Source: Candidatus Kuenenia stuttgartensis (lineage in GTDB: Bacteria > Planctomycetota > Planctomycetia > Pirellulales > UBA1268). Taken from it: a stretch of 64,000 nucleotides of DNA. The notes under the pieces were generated by a model, which saw only the letters and a list, made by a program, of their open reading frames with translations, did not search any database and had not been told where the DNA came from. Both the position numbers and the translations under genes were made by a program. Below, piece after piece: positions 1-9,528 of the stretch. How positions within the stretch are numbered: position 1 is the stretch's first letter; the number at the start of each line of letters is the position of its first letter. The DNA is taken from the NCBI GenBank assembly GCA_943332855.1, contig CALQRA010000002.1, forward strand, positions 19,154-83,153, read 5' to 3'.

Positions 1-124
1 GGCCCCAAGCAGCATTCTCCCACCCCTTTTACCACGGTGGCATTCCACGAAACCGCAGGGTAGAGTACCAAAATCAGCCGCGGAACCCTGCCCGTCTCCA
101 CTTTCCCCCGCCGAGGGATGCCCC

Positions 125-1543
125 ATGCTCCTGTTCTCCCGCCCCAACCGCGTTCCCTCTGCCTGCCGCCGGGTCGCCGCAGGCACCACGCGTGCCCTCT
201 TGCTGCTCGGCGCGGCCCTGCTCGCCGTTGGAATGCCCGCTTCGGCGCCGGCCCAAGTGACCGTTCAGACCCTCATCGGCCGGGCGGTGACCGACGACGC
301 GCACGCCAATGAGGTCAACGGGGCGATCACCAGGTTCCGCGACCGCGACGTCGACGGCTGCCGGGCGATGCTCGAGCGCGTGCATGCCGATGACCCCAAG
401 GTCCCGCCGCCGGGTGTGATGATGGCGACGCTGTGGTTGAGCGTGAAGCAGGTCGCGGCCGCCCGCGCCGAACTCGATCAGACGGTCACCAAGTTCCCGG
501 ACGACCCCGAGCCCTATCTCGTCCTAGGCGATCTCGCCTTCCAGGAGCGGATGGTCACTGATGCTGCGGTGCTCTTCGACCGGGCGGAGGAACTGGCCGC
601 GAAGTTCGACTCCAACGCCAAGCGGAAGCGCGACTTCGAGATCCGCTGCCACGCCGGCAAGGCCGCGGTGCACGAGGCCCGCGGTCAGTGGGAGACGGCC
701 CTCGCCGAGATCCAAAAGTGGGTCGAAATCGATCCCGACAGCGCCAGCGCCAAGCAGCGTCTGGGGAGCGCTTACTTCCAGCTCGAGAAGCCCGACGAGG
801 CGCTCACGGCCTTCGGTGAAGCGCATGATCTCGATGGGAAACTGCCGCGCAAGGAAATGCTCCTGGCGCGTCTCTACGATCAGGGGAAGAAGATCGACAA
901 GGCCCGTGAGCTCGTTGAAGCCGCGGTCCAAGCCGCCCCAGAGGATGCCGGGGTCCGCCTCGGCGCGGCCAACTGGTTTCTCGCCCACGGCGACACCGCT
1001 GCCGCCCGGGAGAACGGGGGCAAGGCGCTCGATCTCGATCCGAAGAACCTCGAGGCGCGGATCGTCAATGGCACGATCGCCCGCGTCGCCCGTGACTTCG
1101 AATCGGCCTCGAAGCTCTTCGGTGAGGCCCACTCGCAGTCGCCGCGGAACTTCGTCGCCTCCGACTCCCTGGCGCTGGTGCTTGCGGAGCTGCCGGAGAA
1201 GGAGAACGTCCAACGCGCCCTGGAAATCGCCGAGACGAACGTCGCGATGGTCAAGGACAACCCCCAGTTGCAGGTCGCCTCGCTGACGACACTCTCCTGG
1301 GTGCTCTACAAACTTGGGCGGATGGCCGACGCCGAGAAGATCCTTGCCCAGGTGTCGCAAAACAACTCCCTCTCCGCTGACGGCGCCTACTACATCGCCC
1401 AGATCCTCTCCGACAAAGGGGAGAAGGAGCAGGCCCAGCGTCTTCTTGAGCAGCTCATGACCAACGACCCGATCTTCGCCAACCGGGCGGCCGCGGAGGC
1501 CCTCCAGGCCGAGCTGAAGGCCGAGGGTTCGGCGAAGGAGTGA
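125..1543 (+). CDS. Secreted TPR-repeat protein
   Basis: ATG at 125. The N-terminus (RALLLLGAALLAVGMPASAPAQ) looks like a signal peptide. The rest is repeated helical A/L/G-rich 34-aa-type TPR pattern. The overlapping antisense ORFs are R/G/P-rich junk. Confidence 0.7.
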   Translation: MLLFSRPNRVPSACRRVAAGTTRALLLLGAALLAVGMPASAPAQVTVQTLIGRAVTDDAHANEVNGAITRFRDRDVDGCRAMLERVHADDPKVPPPGVMMATLWLSVKQVAAARAELDQTVTKFPDDPEPYLVLGDLAFQERMVTDAAVLFDRAEELAAKFDSNAKRKRDFEIRCHAGKAAVHEARGQWETALAEIQKWVEIDPDSASAKQRLGSAYFQLEKPDEALTAFGEAHDLDGKLPRKEMLLARLYDQGKKIDKARELVEAAVQAAPEDAGVRLGAANWFLAHGDTAAARENGGKALDLDPKNLEARIVNGTIARVARDFESASKLFGEAHSQSPRNFVASDSLALVLAELPEKENVQRALEIAETNVAMVKDNPQLQVASLTTLSWVLYKLGRMADAEKILAQVSQNNSLSADGAYYIAQILSDKGEKEQAQRLLEQLMTNDPIFANRAAAEALQAELKAEGSAKE

Positions 1544-1579
1544 GCCTCGTCCCGGTGCGGCGTCGCTGTGCCGCCGGGC

Positions 1580-2188
1580 TCAGCGCGACTCTCCGGGTGC
1601 GGTCGGGCGCGGGCTTGGCCCGTTGGTGCTGGCCCCCGGAAACACCGGTGCGTTGAATCCGGGGAGGGTCTGGCTTCGCCCGGGATCTGTCGTCGGTTGG
1701 GGCGGAGCCACCGGCGCCGTCGCGGGGCGCGACCCTGGTACGAGATTCGACCAGTTCGTGTTCGGGGGCGGAACCGGCTGCCCGGGGACGGCCGCTGGGG
1801 CGGGCGGCGGGGGGAATCCTGCTGGCGCCCGTGTCACCGGTGTGATGGCAGCGGAGGGTTTCAACTGCGGCGCCATCGGCCTCACGGTGATGCCCCCACC
1901 GGGGATGCCCGGCAGGCCGTCGCCGGCAGGCGCGACGCCTGGTTGGCTTGCCGCCGCCTTGCGGAGTTGCTGGGCTCTGGCCCGTGCCCGGAGCCGATCG
2001 CTCCGCAGCGGAATGCCGGGATAGGCCTGAACCGGCACCTCGAGGCTCGGCAACCCGATCCGGCTGCCGTCGCCAAAGTACGTGAACATCTCGATCGCCC
2101 GTGCCGGCAGCACCAGCGACAACGACAGCAGCATCGTTCCCGCCGACCAACGCGCGACACGCGACCACCGCCGCGGGGTGCAAGTCAT
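1580..2188 (-). CDS. Hypothetical secreted proline-rich protein
   Basis: Internal ATG at 2188 gives MTCTPRRWSRVARWSAGTMLLSLSLVLPARA, which is signal-like, followed by a Pro-rich low-complexity region. No family recognised. Confidence 0.4.
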   Translation of the reverse strand: MTCTPRRWSRVARWSAGTMLLSLSLVLPARAIEMFTYFGDGSRIGLPSLEVPVQAYPGIPLRSDRLRARARAQQLRKAAASQPGVAPAGDGLPGIPGGGITVRPMAPQLKPSAAITPVTRAPAGFPPPPAPAAVPGQPVPPPNTNWSNLVPGSRPATAPVAPPQPTTDPGRSQTLPGFNAPVFPGASTNGPSPRPTAPGESR

Positions 2189-2475
2189 GTTCGGCCTCCC
2201 TGCCGATGGCTCTCCGGCACGGCGGGCCGCCGTCCCGCCGACGGCCATCCCCCCCTACCACAGGGTTCTTCGGCTCGATCCGCGGCGTCACTCATCGATT
2301 CCTCAGCGGGTCGGTCGCCACCGACACGACCGTCAGGACCGTCACCACCCGATCTTCGTCGGCCGTGGCCCCTACCCGGAGGCGATGGCCGGGCTGGTAC
2401 GACCACCCCGGCGGATGGCATGTCCGCTTCCGCCCAGGCCGGGCGCGGCCGCCGAACCGGGGTAGGATTGTGACC

Positions 2476-3456
2476 ATGGCCTCCGATCCTCGCGCCTTCG
2501 ATCCCGCCACGGCCTGCTGGGCGATCGCCTCCCTGGCCGCACTGCTGACCGCGGGTGCAGCCATGCGCGCTGCCTTCGCCACGCGCGGCTCGACGGCCGT
2601 CCCGGCGACTCTGTGGGCCATCGTCGCCTGCCTCGCGCTGCTGCTCGACACGGCGGCCCGAGCCTCGGGAATCGTCTCCCAACCCGCCGCCGCCGCATCC
2701 CTGCGGATGGTGACCGCGAGCTTGTCGCTCTGTCCGGCGATGTCGCTCCTCGGTGCCAAACGCCCGCAGCATGGCGTCTGGCAGCTGATCGTCGCGGCGC
2801 TGGCGGTGATCCTCCTCCTGCCGGCGCTCTCCACGGTGCTCGTGCGACCAGACAGCGTTCCCGATGCCCATTTCCTCGGCCGCTGCTTCCTCGTCATCCT
2901 CGCGCTCGTCGGCTGGATGAACTTCGTCGCCACCCGTCACGGCGCCGCCGCGACGCTCGTCACCCTCGGGCAATTGGTGGTGGTCCGTGGATTCCTGCCG
3001 CTGGTCGACAGTGAATTGGCCTTCCCACCGACCGGTTCCAGCGGCGCCCCCGGGGCAGCATTCGTCGACGCGATCGGCGCCAGCCTAGCCGCCGCCGGCG
3101 GGCTCCTGGCCCTGGCGCGCAGCCGGCGGACGCCATCGTCGCCGGCCGCGGAGGGGACGTTCGCGGCAGCGCTCGGGCCGGCATTTTTTGCCTTCAGGGA
3201 GACGCTCGGCGCCGCATGGACACTGCGCGTCGCCGAGCGATTCGATGCCATCGCCATCAGCCGCGGCTGGCCCTGCCGCCTCCACTTCGACGGCTTCCGT
3301 CCCCCCGACGCTCCGTTCGACGGACCGTGGCAGCGAGACGCCCGCCGGGCCCTGGCGGCCCTGTTCCGTCGGTTCGTCTCGCCAAACTGGCTCGGTCGGC
3401 ACGGTTGGCCGGCGGCGGGCGGCGGGCGATTGGCTCCGGAGGAACGGGGGGGCTAG
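2476..3456 (+). CDS. Hypothetical multi-pass membrane protein
   Basis: ATG at 2476 (MASDPRAF...). Several hydrophobic segments of about 20 aa are present (WAIASLAALLTAGAA, LWAIVACLALLL, LIVAALAVILLLPAL, CFLVILALVGWMNF). No family recognised. Confidence 0.5.
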   Translation: MASDPRAFDPATACWAIASLAALLTAGAAMRAAFATRGSTAVPATLWAIVACLALLLDTAARASGIVSQPAAAASLRMVTASLSLCPAMSLLGAKRPQHGVWQLIVAALAVILLLPALSTVLVRPDSVPDAHFLGRCFLVILALVGWMNFVATRHGAAATLVTLGQLVVVRGFLPLVDSELAFPPTGSSGAPGAAFVDAIGASLAAAGGLLALARSRRTPSSPAAEGTFAAALGPAFFAFRETLGAAWTLRVAERFDAIAISRGWPCRLHFDGFRPPDAPFDGPWQRDARRALAALFRRFVSPNWLGRHGWPAAGGGRLAPEERGG

Positions 3457-3539
3457 ACTGGGCCGCTTCCGGGAAGACTGGCCGTTGGCCGGATCCACGG
3501 TCCTTCACCGGTTCGTCCAGCCCCATCCAGGAGCCAGTC

Positions 3540-3866
3540 ATGTCCGAGTCGTCCGCCCAGCGCCCCGCCCAGGAACCGATGCAGGTGCCCGTCGACGAAT
3601 CCCATATTCTCGCCACCTACGCGAACTTCTGCCGCGTGACCGGCACGCCGGAAGAGTTGATCGTCGACTTCGGTCTCAACAAGCAGGTGGCCGGGACGTC
3701 CCCCGAGACGATCCAGCTGACCCAGCGGATCATCGTCAATTTCTTCACCGCGAAGCGTCTGGCCTACGCCCTCCAGATGGCGGTGGCCCGTCACGAGCAA
3801 GCTTTCGGCGTCCTCGAGACCGATGTCCAGCGGCGAGTGATCCACCAGCAGGCTGCCAAGGCCTGA
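3540..3866 (+). CDS. Small conserved hypothetical protein (DUF3467-like)
   Basis: 108 aa from ATG 3540. The pattern ATYANFCRVTGTPEELIVDFG...RIIVNFFTAKRL resembles the DUF3467 family. Family assignment is from memory only. Confidence 0.55.
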   Translation: MSESSAQRPAQEPMQVPVDESHILATYANFCRVTGTPEELIVDFGLNKQVAGTSPETIQLTQRIIVNFFTAKRLAYALQMAVARHEQAFGVLETDVQRRVIHQQAAKA

Positions 3867-4130
3867 CCAAGCACGATCGGGGATGGCCAGTCGACTCGCG
3901 ACGCCGTCGCCAGCCCGGTCATTCAGCCAATCCACCCGGCGACCCCGGGGCGGGTTTGGCACGTATGACAACCACCACCCGGTGGGCATCGCCGGCGGAC
4001 CCTCCGCCGGCGATGTCCACCGCGACAGTCCATGGGAAAAGTCCTTCGTGGCCTTTTTCCTCGGACAGCCGCCGCATCCAGCGGCGGGTCACTGTATCCC
4101 CAGCCTGCCACCTTTCCGGTTCAGGGCCCA

Positions 4131-6224
4131 ATGAGCACCGTTGATCCCCGCGCCGTCGACGAGGCCCGCCAGCAGATCCGCGCGATCGTGGCGGAGATCG
4201 ACCAACTCGGCCGGTCTGATCTCGCCGAGGCCGATTTCTTCCGCGGACTCCTCGATCGGGTCCTCGAGGCGATGGGGGCCGTGGCCGGGTTGGTGTGGAT
4301 CGTCGGGGAAGGGGGGCGGTGCGAGCCGGTCTGCCACGCTGGGGTCCAAGCAACCGGGTTAACAGACTCCCCGGAGATGCAGGAGGCGCACGGCCGACTC
4401 ATTGAATCGCTCCTCGCCGGCACCGAGGGGATGCTGATCCCCGCCCGGGCCCAACTGGCCGGGCCCGACGGGAAACCAGTGGCGGGCAACCCGACCGATC
4501 TCCTGCTCGTCGCTGCCCCGATCGATCGCAACGGACAGCGGTCCGGGCTCCTCGAGGTTTTCCACCAGCCCCACCCCCCTGAAGTCGAGCAGGGATTCCT
4601 CACCTTCCTCGCCCAGGTGGCGACGGTGGCGGGCAGCTACCTCGCCCGCCGCCAGTCGAAGTCGATCGACGCCCAGCAGACCACGCTCACGCAGGTCGAC
4701 CGCTTCAGCCGGGCGGTCCACGAATCGCTCGACCCGATCGCGACGGCGTTCGTGCTTGCCAATGAGGCCCGGAGGATCATCGGCTGCGACCGCGTCAGTG
4801 TCCTCGTCCGCCGTCGCCGACGCCTCCGACTCGAGGCCGTCAGCGGACAGGAATCGGTGGAGCGGCGGGCCACGGCGGTCCAGGCGATCGAGGCCCTCGC
4901 CCGCGTCGTCTCCCGCGCCCGCGATCCGCTCTGGCATCCCGATCCCGGGCGCGAGCTCCCGCCGCAGATCGAGGAGGAGCTCGAGCATTTCATCGACGAA
5001 TCGCACGCCACGGCCCTGGCGGTGATCCCCCTGGAGCGGCCAAAGCCGACGCCGGTCGTCAAGCCCGGAGGGGTGGACGCGGTGGCGGTTGCCCGAGCCG
5101 AATCGAACTCCGACGGCAACGAGGATCGCGAACCGGTCGGCGTGCTCGTGGCCGAATGGTTCTCCTCGTCGTCGTTCGACGGCGGGAAGCGGGCCAGAGT
5201 CGACCTCGTCTCGGACCACGGACGGGTGGCGCTGGCCAACGCGCTGGATCACACCAGCCTGCCGCTCTACGGCATCCTCGATTTCCTCGGCAAGTCGCGC
5301 GTCCTGACGACCGCCCGCAACCTCCCGCGGACGCTGACGGCGGTGGTGGCGGCGCTGACGGGCTTGGCCGCCCTCGTGCTGATCCCCGCCGATTTGCGGC
5401 TCGAGGGGAAGGGAACGCTCGAGCCGGTCCATCGCCGCGACGTTTTCTCAGGCATCGACGGCGTGATCGAGTCGATTGCCGACGGCGTGGCCCACGGGAT
5501 CGACGTGAAGGAGGGGCAGTTGCTCGCGACGCTCCGCAACACCGATCTCGAGGTGGCCCTGACCGACGTCCTCGGCCGCAAGGCATCGAGCGAGGAGCAA
5601 CTTGTCTCCACGCAGCGGGCCCTCCTCGAAGACAACAAGATCTCCGCCGATGAACGGACACGAATGTCGGGCCGTGTCGCCCAGCTGCGGCGCGAGATCG
5701 AGAGCCTCGAGGAGCAACGGAAATTATTCCTCACCAAAAAGCAGTCCCTTGAGGTCCGCAGCCCGATCGACGGCGTGATCGTCACCTGGCAGGTCCGCGA
5801 CCGGCTCCTCCTCCGACCGGTCGAGAAGGGGCAGGTGTTGCTCGCGGTCGCCGACAAGACCGGCCCGTGGGAGCTCGAGGTCCACATGCCCGATGACCGC
5901 CTCGGCCACGTCAACCGGGCAGCGACCCAGGCGCGCCAGAAGGAGCGGGAACTGAAAGTCGATTACGTTCTCGCCACCGACCCCGGCACCCGGCACTACG
6001 GCTCCGTCAAGGAGATCCACGAACAGGCCGAGGTGCGCGGCGAGGCGGGCAACACCGTGATGGTGCGGATCACGATCGATCCCTCGAACCACGATCGCGA
6101 GGAGCTTGGCGCCGGAGCCACCGTGACGGCGCGGATCAACTGCGGCAAACGTTCGCTGGGGTATGTCTGGTTCCACGACGTGCTCGCCTTCATCCAATCC
6201 CAGATCCTGTTTCGTCTGTGGTGA
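4131..6224 (+). CDS. Tandem-GAF / TM / HlyD-type membrane fusion protein (MFP)
   Basis: ATG at 4131; an alternative in-frame ATG lies at 4032. Two cytoplasmic GAF-like regions are followed by one TM (LTAVVAALTGLAALVLI). After that comes a barrel-sandwich/coiled-coil MFP region (IDVKEGQLLATLRN..., long heptad region, SPIDGVIV). Confidence 0.75.
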   Translation: MSTVDPRAVDEARQQIRAIVAEIDQLGRSDLAEADFFRGLLDRVLEAMGAVAGLVWIVGEGGRCEPVCHAGVQATGLTDSPEMQEAHGRLIESLLAGTEGMLIPARAQLAGPDGKPVAGNPTDLLLVAAPIDRNGQRSGLLEVFHQPHPPEVEQGFLTFLAQVATVAGSYLARRQSKSIDAQQTTLTQVDRFSRAVHESLDPIATAFVLANEARRIIGCDRVSVLVRRRRRLRLEAVSGQESVERRATAVQAIEALARVVSRARDPLWHPDPGRELPPQIEEELEHFIDESHATALAVIPLERPKPTPVVKPGGVDAVAVARAESNSDGNEDREPVGVLVAEWFSSSSFDGGKRARVDLVSDHGRVALANALDHTSLPLYGILDFLGKSRVLTTARNLPRTLTAVVAALTGLAALVLIPADLRLEGKGTLEPVHRRDVFSGIDGVIESIADGVAHGIDVKEGQLLATLRNTDLEVALTDVLGRKASSEEQLVSTQRALLEDNKISADERTRMSGRVAQLRREIESLEEQRKLFLTKKQSLEVRSPIDGVIVTWQVRDRLLLRPVEKGQVLLAVADKTGPWELEVHMPDDRLGHVNRAATQARQKERELKVDYVLATDPGTRHYGSVKEIHEQAEVRGEAGNTVMVRITIDPSNHDREELGAGATVTARINCGKRSLGYVWFHDVLAFIQSQILFRLW

Positions 6225-7237
6225 CATCACCGCACTGCATCGCCCCCCGCGCCCCCCGTGGGGCCGGCCGACTCCCGGAGGTCATCGTGCGTTTTTCCCC
6301 CGTCATCGCCCTGTTCACCGTCAGCGTCGCGGCCCTCGCGCTCCCCGCGGCCCCCCCCGCGGCCCCGTCAGCCTCCGCGCGGAGTGCTGCCGAGCCGGTC
6401 CTCGAGCACTGCCTCGTGTCGGTTCTGAAAGAGGCGAAGGTGCCGGCCAGGGAAGGGGGGGTGCTCATCGATCTCCTCGTCCGCGAAGGGGATTCGATCA
6501 AGGCCGGCGACGTGATCGCCAAGATCGACGACAGCCAGCCGCAGTTCGAGCGCCGCAAGGCCAAGGCCGAACACGACCAGGCGGTGGCGAAGGCCAGCAG
6601 CGACGTCGATGTCCGCTTCGCAGTGGCCTCGGAGCTCGTGGCAGCCGCCGAGTTCGAGAAGGCGCAGCTGGCTGCCGATAAGCTCCAGGGGAGTGTCACC
6701 CTCGTCGAGCTCGACCGCCTCGAACTCAACGAGCGGAAGGCTGAACTGCAGATCGAACAGGCCGAGCTCGAGCGGAGGATGACCGCACTGGCCTCCGATT
6801 CAAAGGCGGTGGAGGTCGAGGCTGCCGAGAAGGCCATCGAGCGGCGCACGATCACCGCTCCCCTCGAGGGCACTGTCGTCCAGGTCTTTCCGCACCAGGG
6901 GGAATGGATGCAACCGGGCGATCCGCTGGCCCGCGTCGTCCAGACCGACCGGCTCCGCGTCGAGGGCTACGTCGACTCCTCCCGCTGGAATCCGGAAACC
7001 GTCAGGGACCGGCCGGTGACCGTCGACGTCGTGTTCGCCGACAACCGGACGGAGTCGTTCCCGGGGCGGATCGTGTTCACCAGCCCGCTGGTCGATTCCG
7101 GAGGCGACTACCGCGTTTGGGCGGAGGTGGAGAATCGGCGCATCGCCGATTCGACCCAATGGCTCCTTCGGGCCGGCCAATCGGCCACGATGACGATCCA
7201 TTCCAGCCAGGCGCCCCTGGCCCCCGTCACGCGGTAG
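6218..7237 (+). CDS. HlyD-family membrane fusion protein (periplasmic adaptor)
   Basis: Signal/anchor FSPVIALFTVSVAALALPAAP, a biotinyl-lipoyl-like hairpin (VREGDSIKAGDVIAKID ... ITAPLEGTVVQV) and a central coiled coil. The track start at 6218 is a GTG overlapping the previous stop, so the true start may be the GTG near 6287. Confidence 0.75.
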   Translation: MVTSPHCIAPRAPRGAGRLPEVIVRFSPVIALFTVSVAALALPAAPPAAPSASARSAAEPVLEHCLVSVLKEAKVPAREGGVLIDLLVREGDSIKAGDVIAKIDDSQPQFERRKAKAEHDQAVAKASSDVDVRFAVASELVAAAEFEKAQLAADKLQGSVTLVELDRLELNERKAELQIEQAELERRMTALASDSKAVEVEAAEKAIERRTITAPLEGTVVQVFPHQGEWMQPGDPLARVVQTDRLRVEGYVDSSRWNPETVRDRPVTVDVVFADNRTESFPGRIVFTSPLVDSGGDYRVWAEVENRRIADSTQWLLRAGQSATMTIHSSQAPLAPVTR

Positions 7238-7261
7238 CCTTTCGCGGAAAGCCCCCACCCG

Positions 7262-9496
7262 ATGTCGACCGCCGCGGACGCCTTCCGATCGAGCACCACG
7301 CGCCCCGTCGGCCTGCGCCGCCGCGGTGACCTCGTGGCGACGAGGCAGTCCTACCAGGGGCAGATTTGGTGGGTCGTGAAGGATCCGATTTCGCTGGGCT
7401 ATTTTCGCTTCCGCCCCGAGGAATATGCCCTCCTCGACATGCTCGATGGCCAGGCGAGCCTGGAGCGGCTCAAGGAGCAATTCGAAGCCCGTTTCCCCCC
7501 CCGCCGAATCACCGTCGAGGAATTGGCCCGCTTCGTGGCCACGCTCCACCGCAGCGGCCTCGTCATTGGCGACCGTCCGGGGCAGGGGCCGCAGCTCTTC
7601 GAGCGCCGCCGTCAGCGGATCTGGCGGCAGTGGATGGCATGGCTTGCCAACATCATGTCGATGCGCTTCCGGGGGATCGACCCCGACCGGATCCTCCACC
7701 GGATTGACCCTGCGTTCGGCTGGCTGTTCTCCGTCCCCGCGGCGGCCGGTATGGCCGTGCTCGTCTCCAGTGCTCTCCTGCTGGTGCTGGTCAACTTCGA
7801 TGTCTTCAGGTCGAAACTGCCGGAGTTCCAGCAGTTTTTCGCCTCCGGCAACTGGATCTGGCTGGCCTTGGCCCTCGGGTTCACGAAGGTTCTCCACGAG
7901 TTTGGGCACGGTCTGTCGTGCAAGCATTTCGGTGGCGAATGCCACGAGATGGGGGTGATGCTCCTTGTCTTCACTCCGTGTCTCTACTGCGATGTGTCCG
8001 ACAGCTGGATGCTGCCGAGCAAGTGGCAACGGGCGGCGATCGGCGCGGCGGGGATGTACATCGAGCTGATTCTCGCCTCGATCGCCACCTTCCTGTGGTG
8101 GAACTCCCATCCGGGGGTCTTCAACCAGCTGTGCCTCGATGTGATGTTCGTGTCGAGCGTGTCGACGCTGATGTTCAATGCCAATCCGCTGATGCGCTAC
8201 GACGGCTATTACATCCTCTCCGACCTCCTCGAGATCCCCAACCTCCGCCAGAAGGCGACGACAATCCTCGGCAGGCTCGCGTCGCTCTGGTGCCTCGGTA
8301 TCGAGCAGCCGGAGGACCCGTTCCTCCCCACGCGCAACCGTGGCCTGTTCGCCCTGTTCGCCATCGCCTCGAGCCTCTACGGCTGGATGGTGACAGCGTC
8401 GATTTTCCTTTTTGTGTGGAGTGTCTTCAAACCCTACCGCCTCGAGGTGCTGGGGCAGATGCTCGCGATGGGCGCCCTATGGGGGCTTGTTGTCAGGCCG
8501 ATCCAAAACATGATCAAGTTCCTCAATGTTCCCGGGAGGCGCGAGGAAGTGAAGCTCCGTAATCTCGTCACGACGGGAGCCGTCGTCGCCGCCCTCGCCG
8601 CCGCCGTGGCACTCATTCCCCTTCCCCAACGGGTGTGGTGTGCCGCCGAACTGCGTCCCCGGGCGGAGGAGACGGTCTACGTGTCGGTCGCCGGAGTCCT
8701 CGAGAGCATCGCGGTGAAGCCCGGAGCGCTGGTCGAGGCGGGCGCCGAGATCGCTCGGCTCTCCAGCATCGATCTCGATCTGGCGATCGCCGATCTCGAC
8801 GGCAAGGCCACCCAGGCCCGGGCGCGATTGGCGAGCCTCGAGCGCGAGCGGTTTACCGATCCCGCCGCCAGCCTCGAGATCGGCACCGTGGAGGAGTCGC
8901 TCAAGAGCGTTGAAGAGCAACTCAAGCGGAAGCGGAAAGACCGGGCGGACCTCGTGCTCAGCGCCCCGCGGAGCGGCGTGGTGCTCCCATCCCCGGCCTT
9001 GAAGCCCCCCCCGGACGGAACCGGCCGGCTCCCCGGGTGGAGCGGCCATGTCCTCGAGGAGCGGAACCTCGGCGCCACGCTCGCCGAGGGGACGGTTCTC
9101 TGTCTTGTCGGTGATCCGAACGCGTTCGAGGCGGTGATGATCGTCGACCAGTCGGAGATGGAGTTCGTGTCGCGGGGGCAGCGGGTCGACCTGAAAATCA
9201 ACGCGCTGCCCTGGCAGACGTTCCGCGGAACGATCGACGAGATCGCCGAGACGAATCTGGAGGGAGGATCGGAGCGGTTGAGCGTGAAGTCCGGCGGTCA
9301 GGTTCCCACGCGGACCGACGAATCGGGGAAGGAGATGCCGATCTCCACTAGCTACGAGGCCCTCATGGCGGTCGATGATCCCGACGGTGCCTTCACCGCT
9401 GGGATGCGCGGCTCGGCGCGGATTCGGGTCGGGCAGCGGACGGTCGGCAGTTGGTTGCTGCGTCTCCTCTGGCAGACGTTTAACTTCCGGATGTGA
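7262..9496 (+). CDS. Fusion protein: PqqD-like N-domain + peptidase M50 (site-2-protease type, HEFGH) + HlyD-type MFP C-domain
   Basis: HEFGH zinc motif embedded in multiple TMs (VLHEFGHGLSCKHFGGECHEMGVMLLVFTPCLYCDVSD). A later TM (VTTGAVVAALAAAVALI) is followed by an MFP-like region (VKPGALVEAGAEIARL, coiled coil, SAPRSGVV). Confidence 0.8.
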   Translation: MSTAADAFRSSTTRPVGLRRRGDLVATRQSYQGQIWWVVKDPISLGYFRFRPEEYALLDMLDGQASLERLKEQFEARFPPRRITVEELARFVATLHRSGLVIGDRPGQGPQLFERRRQRIWRQWMAWLANIMSMRFRGIDPDRILHRIDPAFGWLFSVPAAAGMAVLVSSALLLVLVNFDVFRSKLPEFQQFFASGNWIWLALALGFTKVLHEFGHGLSCKHFGGECHEMGVMLLVFTPCLYCDVSDSWMLPSKWQRAAIGAAGMYIELILASIATFLWWNSHPGVFNQLCLDVMFVSSVSTLMFNANPLMRYDGYYILSDLLEIPNLRQKATTILGRLASLWCLGIEQPEDPFLPTRNRGLFALFAIASSLYGWMVTASIFLFVWSVFKPYRLEVLGQMLAMGALWGLVVRPIQNMIKFLNVPGRREEVKLRNLVTTGAVVAALAAAVALIPLPQRVWCAAELRPRAEETVYVSVAGVLESIAVKPGALVEAGAEIARLSSIDLDLAIADLDGKATQARARLASLERERFTDPAASLEIGTVEESLKSVEEQLKRKRKDRADLVLSAPRSGVVLPSPALKPPPDGTGRLPGWSGHVLEERNLGATLAEGTVLCLVGDPNAFEAVMIVDQSEMEFVSRGQRVDLKINALPWQTFRGTIDEIAETNLEGGSERLSVKSGGQVPTRTDESGKEMPISTSYEALMAVDDPDGAFTAGMRGSARIRVGQRTVGSWLLRLLWQTFNFRM

Positions 9497-9528
9497 TCTC
9501 CGCCCGACCACCAACTCCCCGTCCACCC

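Noticed and set aside
3883-4144. Small ORFs (83 aa at 3883-4134; 59 aa from ATG 3965) as candidate precursor peptides for the M50/MFP module
   Set aside because: Third-position GC is clearly lower than in real genes here. Both are Pro/Ser/Arg-rich with no leader/core features, and one overlaps the probable start of the GAF-MFP gene.
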